Assembly: GCA_963726245.1 (NCBI GenBank)
Contig: CAVSBT010000019.1
Location: 32,001 to 96,000, forward strand
DNA from: an uncultured Chloroflexia bacterium
Lineage (GTDB): Bacteria > Chloroflexota > Dehalococcoidia > DSTF01 > JALHUB01
Direction: 5' to 3'
Length of the DNA: 64,000 bases
The notes under the pieces were generated by a model. The model saw only the letters and a program-made list of their open reading frames with translations, did not search any database and was not told the origin of the DNA. Below, piece by piece: positions 12,069-21,200 of this stretch; position 1 is the first letter of the stretch, and every line of letters starts with the position of its first letter. Both the position numbers and the translations under genes were made by a program.

Positions 12069-12126
12069 ACTGAGCAGCTAAGAGCACTCTTTCGACACCC
12101 AGTGTGGGGCCCCTAAGAGGTGTGCT

Positions 12127-13384
12127 ATGTCTGGTGCGGCCCTCCCCCTGACCGGCGTCAAGGTAGCCGACTTCTCCTGGTTCGGCGCTGGGCCCATTTG
12201 CGCCGCCGTCATGGCTTACTACGGCGCCGACGTGGTTCGCGTGGAGTCGGAGACGCACGTCGACGGCCTGCGCACGCTCCTGCCGGTTGCGGAAGGGAAG
12301 GAAGGCTACAATGTCAGCGGCTGGTTCAACAACTACAACGCCGGCAAGTGGTCCCTCACCCTCAACCTCAACACGGACCGGGGACGTGAGCTGGCCCATG
12401 AGCTGGTGCGCTGGTCCGACGTCTTCCTGACCAACTTCACGCCGAGCGTCATCGAACGCTGGTCCCTCACCTACGAGGACCTGGTGAAGGTGAAGCCTGA
12501 CATCATCGCCGTCTACCAGCCGATGCAGGGCTTCCAGGGCCCCCACCGCGACTTCCTCGGCTTTGGCGCCGTCCTCACCCCTACTGCCGGCTTCAGCCAT
12601 CTAACCGGGTTCCCGGGCACGCCGCCCGTCGGCACCGGCACGAACTACCCGGACTACGTCGTCAACCCCATCCACACCCTCACCGGCATTCTCGCCGCCT
12701 TGCACTACCGTCGAAAGACGGGCAAGGGGCAGCGCGTCGAGCTGGCTCAGGTGGAATCGGCCGTGTGCGCCCTGGGCGCCTGCCCTCATGGACTACACCG
12801 TCAACGGCCGCGTACAGGAGCGGGCCGGCAATCGCGTGCCCCACGCCGCGCCGCACGGCGCCTTCCCCTGCCAGCCCCTCAAGGGCGCCGGCTTCCTCGG
12901 CACCGACGAAGAGCGCTGGTGCGTCATCGCCGTGTACACCGACGAGGAGTGGGACGCCCTCTGCCGCGTCATGGGCGGCCCGGAGTGGACGCGCGACGAG
13001 CGCTTCGCCACCTTCCGGGCGCGCAAGGAGAACGAGGACGAGCTGGAGCGGCTGATCGGGGCGTGGACGAGCACGAAGACGCCCGAGGAGGTGATGGAGA
13101 GCCTCCAGGCCGCCGGCGTGCCGGCCGGCGTCATCCAGAACGCCCGCGACGTGCTGGATAGCGATCCGCACCTGAAGGAGCGCGGGTACTACGTCTACCT
13201 GGACCACCCGGAGGCCGGCCGCACCGCCTACGACACCCCGGGCTTCCGCCTGACGAAGACGCCGGGCGCCTACCGCTCGCCGGCCCCCTGCCTGGGCGAG
13301 CACACGGAGTACGTCTGCAAGGAGATCCTCAAGCTCTCCGACGAAGAGATCGCCCAGCTAGTGATCGACGAGGTGCTGCGGTAG
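12127..13384 (+). CDS. CaiB/BaiF family III CoA-transferase; frameshift near 12780
   Basis: KVADFSWFGAGP, NAGKWSLTLNL, NYPDY (catalytic Asp), APCLGEHT. Confidence 0.9.
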
Positions 13385-13477
13385 GGACCCTCGCCGCGTC
13401 TCCTCCGGCAGAGAAGTTCCGCCTGCGCTCTGCTGTGCTATCCTGAGATCGCTACCCCTCTAGAGAGGAGACCCCCA

Positions 13478-15128
13478 ATGGCCCAGATCGACGGCGGTGA
13501 GCTGGTGGCCCGCACCCTCAAGCAGGAGGGCATCGACTGCATCTTCACCCTCTGCGGCGGCCACGTGATGAACATCTATAACGGCTGCCTGGACCACGGC
13601 ATCCGCGTCGTCGACGTGCGCCACGAGCAGGCCGCCGGCCACGCCGCCGAGGGCTGGTCGCGCGTCACCCGCCGGCCCGGCGTGGCCGTCGTCACCGCCG
13701 GCCCCGGCGTCACCGACACCGTAACGGCCGTCGCCAACGCCTACCAGAACCGCAGCCCCATGCTCCTCATCGGCGGCGCGGCGCCGCTATCCCAAGCGCA
13801 GATGGGCGGCCTCCAGGAGATGGAGCAGGTGGACCTGCTGAAGCCCATCACCAAGTGGTCGGGCACCGCCTACCAGACCCGTCGCATCCCCGAGTACCTC
13901 CAGATGTGCTTCCGCATCGCCATGAGCGGCCGCTACGGGCCGTGCTTCCTGGAGATGCCCGCGGATGTCCTCTTCGGCCGCGTCGAGGAGGGTGAAGTCG
14001 CCATCCCCCAGAGCTACCGGACCGAGGGCCGCGTCCAGGGCGACCGGCGCCTGGTCGCTGAGGCCGCCGCCCTGCTCGACAAGGCGGAGCGACCGGTGGT
14101 GATGGCCGGCAGCCAGGTCTACTGGTCGGACGCGGCCGACGCCCTGCGCCGGCTCAGTCGAGCGCCTGGGGGCGCCGGTGTACCTGAACGCCATGGCACG
14201 GGGCTCCATCCGCCAGGACCACCCGCTGTTCTTCTCGCGCACGCGCAGCGCCGCCCTCAGCGAGGCCGACGTCGTGCTGGTGATCGGCACGCCCATGGAC
14301 TTCCGCCTGCGCTTCGGTCGCGCCTTCAGCGACGCCTCGAAGATCATCCAGGTGGACGTGGACCCCACGGAGATCGGCCGCAACCGCCCCTTCGACATCG
14401 GCATCGAGGGCGACGCCGGGGCTGTCCTCGCGCAGATGCTGGCGGAGCTGGGCGATCCGCCGCCGGCGGACGACGGCGGCGCCTGGGTCAAGGGCCTGCG
14501 CGAAAAGGAGGACCAGGTGTGGGAGCTGCGCCAGCAATGGCTGCGCTCCGACGCCGTCCCCATCCACCCGCTGCGCCTCTGCCACGAGATGGCCCAGTTC
14601 GTTGACGACGACACCCTGGTCGTGGGCGACGGCGGCGACATCGTCAACCTGGCGGCCCAGGTGCTGCCCATTAACCACCCCGGCCAGTGGTTCGACCCCG
14701 GGCCCATGGGCACGCTGGGCGTCGGCACCGGATTCTCGATGGCGGCCAAGATCGCCCAACCCGAGAAGAGGATCCTGATGGTGAACGGCGACGGCGCCTT
14801 CGGGCTCAACGGCTTCGAGTTCGACACCTTGGTGCGCCACAATTTGCCCGTGGTGTCGGTGATCGGGAACGACCGCCGGTGGGGGCAGATCGCGGTTGGC
14901 CAGGTGAAGATGTACGGTCGCGAGCGCGCGGTCGCCTCCACCCTGGCCGACAACGCCCGCTACGACCGCGTGGTGGAGGCACTCGGCGGCCACGGCGAGT
15001 TCGTGACGGAGCCGGGCGAGATACGGCCCGCCATCGAGAGGGCGTTCGCCTCCGGCAAGCCGGCCTGCGTCAACGTCATCACCGACCCGGAGCCGCCCGG
15101 CGTCGAGGGCGGCTACGAGTTCATGTGA
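13478..15128 (+). CDS. TPP-dependent enzyme, acetolactate synthase-like / 2-hydroxyacyl-CoA lyase subfamily; frameshift near 14155
   Basis: [31 protein letters not shown]...ND. Confidence 0.88.
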
Positions 15129-15192
15129 GGTTGTTGTTGTTTGTCGTGAAGGCGGCGCTTCGGGGCTTGTTGAGTAAGGTCTTTGTCGGCCT

Positions 15193-15255
15193 TGTCATTC
15201 TGAGCGAAGCGAAGAATCTGGGCTGGCGAGACCCTTCGCTTCGCTCAGGGTGACA
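15193..15255. repeat. REP-like palindrome
   Basis: tgtcattctgagcgaagcgaagaatct ... cttcgcttcgctcagggtgaca inverted arms. Confidence 0.85.
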
Positions 15256-15278
15256 GGGTGTGAGGCGGGCGAGCAGCC

Positions 15279-15506
15279 GTGGAACGAGAAAACTGGCAAG
15301 ACCAGCCTGAGGAGGGCTGGGACGAGGACGAGGAGGAGTGGGACCCCAACAGTCCCGAGGACCCCGACTATGACCTGTCGGAGTCGGCGGGCTACGCCGG
15401 CTACGACTCCAACCGCGAGTTCCCTTCGCGTACGCTGATCATCATCGTCTCCCTGATACTGGTGGCCGCTCTCCTGGCCCCCTTCCTCCTCCGCGTACTG
15501 CCGTAG
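15279..15506 (+). CDS. Small acidic protein with C-terminal TM helix
   Basis: Acidic N-terminus and hydrophobic C-terminal segment. Confidence 0.65.
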   Translation: MERENWQDQPEEGWDEDEEEWDPNSPEDPDYDLSESAGYAGYDSNREFPSRTLIIIVSLILVAALLAPFLLRVLP

Positions 15507-15517
15507 GCGGGCCGCCC

Positions 15518-15578
15518 GTAGCGGAGGGCTTTAGCCCTCCACGTACCTCGGTCGTGGAAGGCTCAAGCCTTCCGCTAC
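15518..15578. repeat. GTAG-type REP doublet
   Basis: gtagcggagggctttagccctcc...ggaaggctcaagccttccgctac; copies at 17088-17148 and 25545-25609. Confidence 0.85.
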
Positions 15579-15671
15579 ATGCTGCGCATGGCGCTACCCG
15601 GCGTTCGACGCTGTGGAGGATATTCTCGCGTCGGTGCTACAATGGCCCACAGAGCTTGCAGGGGAGGGTGA

Positions 15672-15986
15672 GTGCCCAAGATCACCATTCAGCCACTGAA
15701 TGTTGTCGTCGAGACGGCGCCGCAGGAGACGATCATGGCGGCCGCCCAGGCCCAGGGCTACTACTGGCCCAGCACCTGCGGCGGCGAGGGGCGCTGCACC
15801 ACCTGCGCCCTTACCGTCGTCGGGGGACATGAGAACCTCTCGGAGATGGGGCGCTGGGAGCGCAAGGCCATTGAAGCCGAGCTGGGCCCAGCGGCCCTGT
15901 CGCGGGGCGTGCGCCTCGCCTGCCAGGCCCGCGTCCTGGGGGACGCCGAGGTGCGTCAAGCCCGGCGTCCGCCGCGACTGGCATAG
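15672..15986 (+). CDS. 2Fe-2S ferredoxin
   Basis: CGGEGRCTTC...RLACQ. Confidence 0.9.
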   Translation: MPKITIQPLNVVVETAPQETIMAAAQAQGYYWPSTCGGEGRCTTCALTVVGGHENLSEMGRWERKAIEAELGPAALSRGVRLACQARVLGDAEVRQARRPPRLA

Positions 15987-16096
15987 CAAGGGCTGAAACC
16001 TCGCGCCCGCAGGCGAGAACGGCCGCCGCCGTGGTACAATCGCTTCGCAACCGCAGAGTGAGGACCATTACCGGCGTCGATGGCCGGAGGTGACGT

Positions 16097-17029
16097 GTGG
16101 ACCTGGGTCAGCTAGAGGCCTTCGTCGAGGTGGCGCGTCACCGCAGCTTCAGCAAGGCGGCAGAAGCGCTTTTCCTGACGCAGCCCTCAGTGACGGCGCG
16201 CATCCAGGCCCTGGAGCGCGAGCTGGGCGAGCCGCTCTTCGAGCGCAACGGCCGGGGCGTCCGCCTCACCGATGTCGGCAGCTCTTTTCTACCCCACGCC
16301 CAGCGGGTGCTGAAGGCCCTTCAAGAGGGTCGCGACGCCCTGGAAGGGCTACGTAGCCTCCAGATCGGCGCCCTGCGCCTGGGCACCGCCTTCACGGTGG
16401 GTACCTACGTCCTGCCCGGGATACTCAGGACCTACCACGAGCGCTTCCCCGCCGTGGAGTTCTCGGTCAAGACGGGCCGCTCCGAGGAAGTGCTGCATCT
16501 GGTGCTCGGCGACGAGGTGCAGGCAGGCCTGGTCCGCGCCGTCGTCCACGCCGATGTCGAGACGGTCCAGCTCTACCAGGACGAGGTGGTGCTGGTCACC
16601 AACTCCAAGCACCCCTTCGCTGCCAGCGGCGAGGCATCTGTGGAGGACGTGGGCCGGCAGCCCTTTATCCTGTTCAACAAGGGGTCGAGCTATTACGACC
16701 TGGTGCAGGGCCTCTTCCGTCAGGCCGGCGTCGTGCCCTGGACAGCCATGGAGCTGGACAGCATGGAGGCGATGAAGAAGATGGTGGAGGAGGGGCTGGG
16801 CATCGCCATGCTGCCGCGGGTGTCGGTAGAGCGTGAAATCAATCTGGGAGTGCTGGCCGAGATAAAGCTCCGGGACGTGGAGAACGCTCGAAGGCGCATC
16901 GCGCTCATCTATCGACGTAACCGCCGCCCTTCGCGGACGATGGTCACCTTCCTCAACATACTCCACGAGGTCTATGACTTCGAATGGCCGGCCAGCATGG
17001 GCCAGCCGGCCCCCGCCGTCCCGTACTAG
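16097..17029 (+). CDS. LysR-family transcriptional regulator
   Basis: SFSKAAEALFLTQPSVTARIQALERELG helix-turn-helix. Confidence 0.95.
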   Translation: MDLGQLEAFVEVARHRSFSKAAEALFLTQPSVTARIQALERELGEPLFERNGRGVRLTDVGSSFLPHAQRVLKALQEGRDALEGLRSLQIGALRLGTAFTVGTYVLPGILRTYHERFPAVEFSVKTGRSEEVLHLVLGDEVQAGLVRAVVHADVETVQLYQDEVVLVTNSKHPFAASGEASVEDVGRQPFILFNKGSSYYDLVQGLFRQAGVVPWTAMELDSMEAMKKMVEEGLGIAMLPRVSVEREINLGVLAEIKLRDVENARRRIALIYRRNRRPSRTMVTFLNILHEVYDFEWPASMGQPAPAVPY

Positions 17030-17087
17030 GGCCGCCAGCAACGTTCCCGAAGGCCAGCTTTCAGGCTGGCACGGCTGGGGCTGTACC

Positions 17088-17148
17088 GTAGCGGAAGGCT
17101 TCAGCCTTCCAACGCGGAGCTGTGTGGGGGGCTAAAGCCCTCCGCTAC
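17088..17148. repeat. GTAG-type REP doublet
   Basis: gtagcggaaggcttcagccttcc...gggctaaagccctccgctac. Confidence 0.85.
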
Positions 17149-18009
17149 GCCTCTGGCGTGAGCCCCAACTCCTCCCGGATTCTGGCGCAGGATGTCCACG
17201 TTCTCCTTGTCGGGACCCTTCTTCTCGAAGCCGGGCACCTCCAGGAGGAAGGGGACGTCTCGAAAGGCCGGATGCCCCATGATCACCTTGAAGCCCTCGC
17301 GGCCGATGAGCCCCTCGCCGATGTTCTCGTGCCGGTCGACGCCGCCCCCGAGGCGTATCTTGGAGTCGTTGGCGTGGATGGCTACCAGGTTCGCCAGCCC
17401 CACCTCCTTCTCGAATTCGGCCAGAGCCGCCTCCAGCCCCTTGGGGGTCGCCACGTCATGGCCGGCGGCGAAGGCGTGCTGCGTATCCAAGCAGACCTTG
17501 ACCCGCGGGCTACCGACCTCTCGCGTGATGATCCCCAGTTCCGGGAAGCGCGACCCGACGCTTCCTCCCATGCCGGCGCTGTTCTCCAGGATGAGCCAGG
17601 TATCGCCGGGAGAGCCCTCCAGGGCGCGATGCACGGCGGAGGCGACCTGCGAGCGCACGGCCTCGAAGCCGGCGCCACGGTGACTGCCCAGGTGGAATAT
17701 GGTGCCCGCGGCCCCAATCTGACGGCAGACGTCCAGCGACCAGGTGAGGGCATCCACAGAGCGCTCCAGGCCGACAGGGTCGCTGGTGGCCAGGTTGATC
17801 AGATAGGGCCCGTGGATGAAGACAGGCCGCACGCCGGCCTCGGCGGCCTTCTTCTGGAAGGCCTCTGTTCTTTCCGCTGAGTATTCGGTCTTGCGCCAGG
17901 ACTGGGGCGCTGCTGCGAAGATCTGGATGGTCTCGGCGCCCATGGCCAGCGCCCGCTCGACGCCCTTGTCCAGCCCGCCGCTGGTGGAGACGTGCGCTCC
18001 GATTCTCAT
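17145..18009 (-). CDS. nfo: Endonuclease IV; small frameshift near the C-terminus
   Basis: IGAHVS, HGPYLINL, LENSAG, CLDTQH, HANDSK, DRHENIG. Confidence 0.93.
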
Positions 18010-18150
18010 GATCGTTCTCCCAACGCGCCGCTAGTTCGCATCTGTACCGTGTCCATTATACCGGCCGGACGCCCCCGGCAGCAGGCTCCTTGCTTGCTGA
18101 CAGCGTGCGGGTCGTCTTGAGTCTGCCCGGTGACAGGCAGGCCTGACGCA

Positions 18151-18180
18151 CCGCTCATGGTGAGCTTGTCGAACCACGAG
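18151..18180. repeat. REP half-site
   Basis: ccgctcatggtgagcttgtcgaaccacgag also present inside 55664-55754. Confidence 0.75.
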
Positions 18181-18267
18181 GGGCCGGCTCGGGTTGGCGG
18201 CACGCTGCTGGGGCTTTAGACCGGAGGTTGGGGCAGGAGACAGGGCGAGCTCGGGGGCCGTCTGCCG

Positions 18268-21200
18268 CTAGGCTGCGAGGTCGATGAGCGCCTCGCGGTG
18301 CAGGCGGACCAGCTTCTTCTGCTTGTGGAGCCGCGCTAGGGACTGCACGACCTTGGGGCTGAACTGCGCGCCTGAGCACGATACGATCTCCCGCACAGCA
18401 GCGGCGACGGAGCGGGCCGACCTGTAGGGACGGTCATTGACCATGGCGTCGAAGGCGTCGGCCACAGAGACGATAGTGGCGGCTGTGGGGATGCTCTTGC
18501 CCACCAGACCGTCCGGGTATCCGGTGCCGTCCCAGCGCTCGTGGTGAGAGCGGGCGATGGTGGCCGCCAGTTCGAAGCCAGGACGTTCCATCAGAAAGTC
18601 CTCGCCCCAAACCGTGTGCTGTTTCATCAGGTCCCATTCCTTGTCGGTGAGCTGGCCAGCGGTCGAAAGCACGACATCGGGCACGCGAATCTTGCCGATG
18701 TCGTGGAGGACAGCGGCCAAACCTAGCTCCTCAGCGTAGTCTTCGCCATAGCCCAACTCGCGCGCCAGAGCTTCGGTTATGCTGCGTATGCTCCGGAGGT
18801 GGAGACCCGTGGCCTGGTCGTGGGCCTCGGCGGCGGCCGCCAGCAGCACCACTGTCTCGGTGTGACCTTGCACGAGACGGGTTGAAGTCGACTGGAGGTC
18901 CTCGACCAGCGTCGCCAGCCGCACGATGGCCGTCACCTGGGTGGCGACGGCTACCAGGAACTCGGCGTCACGCGGTCCGAACGCCGCTTCCCGCTTGCTG
19001 CCCACCGAGAGGTGGCCGATAAGCTCGTCCCGCCAGATCATGGGCGCGATCAGGACCGACCGCATTCCCGCGGTCCGCAGCAGTTTCCGCTGATCCGCGG
19101 TGAACCGCTCGTCGTTCTGGGGGTCGTCCATGATGATCGCGCGACGCGTGCGCTCCTGGATGCGGCGGATGGGGGACTGGGGGGCCCCGCGCTGCGCATT
19201 ACTCCAGGCGTCGACCAGATCTTCGGGCATCCGGGCAAAAGTGCTCAACCCCCCCTGTGGATTGCCCTCTGACCCGAAGAGCACAAAGTTGACGGCGTCG
19301 TAATCGCCTCCCACGGACAGCCGGTGAGCAACCAGGCGTAGCTTGTCGTTTAGGTCGTCCAGGGACGTCAGGAGGGGTACTATCTGGCCAACCATCTTGG
19401 CGGCGCGGTCGCCACCCTGAGCTCGCGAGAGCGTGCTCCCGGCCGACAGCACCGGCCGCTGTCGCCGCCAGGCGTACATGGCGCTATCGGCGAGCTTGAT
19501 CAGCTCCTCGATCCTCCCGGCCTCCGTCGGGTAGATGGCGAGCCCGACACTGGCGATGATTTGAACCCTGGTGCCGGTCTCCGAATCGCGCAAGTCCACC
19601 TCTGCCAGCGTGTCAAGCACTCGTTGGCGATAGGTTTCGGCGGCTTCGCGGTCAGTGTTGGGCAAGAGGGCGACGAACTCATCGCCTCCGTACCGGCCGA
19701 CGAGGGCGCCATCCCTTGCGAGCCCGCCGGCGACCGCCACGAGCACGGCATCGCCGACCTGGTGGCCGTAGGTGTCGTTTATCGCCTTCAGGCCGTCAAC
19801 GTCGATCATCGCCACGGCGTGGGATGAGCCGTTGGCATCGCCGGAAACCAGGTTCCTTAGTTCCTGGACGATCGCTCCGTGGTTGAGCACGCTGGTCAGC
19901 GCGTCGCGCCGGGCCTGCTCCCGCAGCGCCGTCTCCATCCGCTTGCGCTCGGTGATGTCTCTGAGAGCGCCTTCGACCCCGATAAAAGCGCCATCGGGGC
20001 CGCGAAGAAGACGAGCGCTAACAGAGGTATCGATGACGAGGCCGTCTCCCGTCTTCAGGTGGATTTCGTAGTCAGTGACCGCTTCCCGTTCCATGAGCGC
20101 CTGCAGAAGCGCTGAGCGCTCTTCTGGGTTGGGGTAGACGTCCAGTACCTGCGTGCCGATTAGCCCCTCACGGGTGTATCCGAACCGCTCCACCGATGGG
20201 TTGATTTCGGTGATGATCCCCTTGTCATCCGTCCGGTAATAGATGTCCTGCACGTTTTCGAAGATTCCGCGGTACTTCGCCTCGCTCTCTCTTAGCGCCT
20301 CTTCCATCCGCTTGCGCTCGCTGATGTCTCTGAGCGAGCCTTCAACCCCGAGGAATTGGCCGTCGGGGCCGCGAAGAAGATGAGCGCTAACAGAGGTATC
20401 GATGACGCGGCCGTCTGCCGTCTTCAGGTGGATTTCGTAGTCAGTGACCGCTTCCCCTTCCAAAAGCGCCTGCAGAAGCGCGGAGGGCTCTTCCGCGCTC
20501 GCGTAGATATCCGTCACCGGCGTGCCGATCAGCGCCTCACGGGAGTATCCGTAGCGTTCAATCGACGGGCTGATCTCAGTGATGACGCGCTTGTCATCAG
20601 TCTGGTAGAAGACGTCCTGCACGCTTTCGAAGATCTGGCGGTACTTCGCCTCGCTCTCTCTTAGCGCCTTCTCCATCCGCTTGCGCTCGGTGACATCTCT
20701 GAGGGAGCCTTCGACCCCGGCGAATTCGCCATTGGGGCCGTGAAGAAGATGAGTGCTGACAGAGGTGGTTCTGTCGAGCCCGTCTCCCGACTTCAGGTGG
20801 ACTTCGAAGTCAATGACCACTCCCTGTTCGAAGAGCGCTTTCATGAGCGCTGAGCGCTCGTCTGGGTCTTTGTACATGTCCAGCACGGGCGTGCCGATTA
20901 GCTCGTCGGGGTCGTTTCCGAAGCGTCGCACCGATGGGCTGATCTCGGTGATGATGCCCTTGTCATCCGTCCGGTAGTAGATGTCCTGCACGTTGTCGAA
21001 GATGCGGCGGAACTTCTCTTCCGTCTCCCGCAGCGCCTCGTTCGAGCGTTCCAGCTCGGTCGCCGTCTGCTTCAGCGCCTCTTCCATCCGCTTGCGCTCG
21101 CTGACGTCGGTGGCCACGCCGATGACGCCGGAAACCTGGCCGCTTCGATCACGCAGCGGCGCGCAATAGGTCTCGAAGGTGAAGTCGGCCAGTTCCACCT

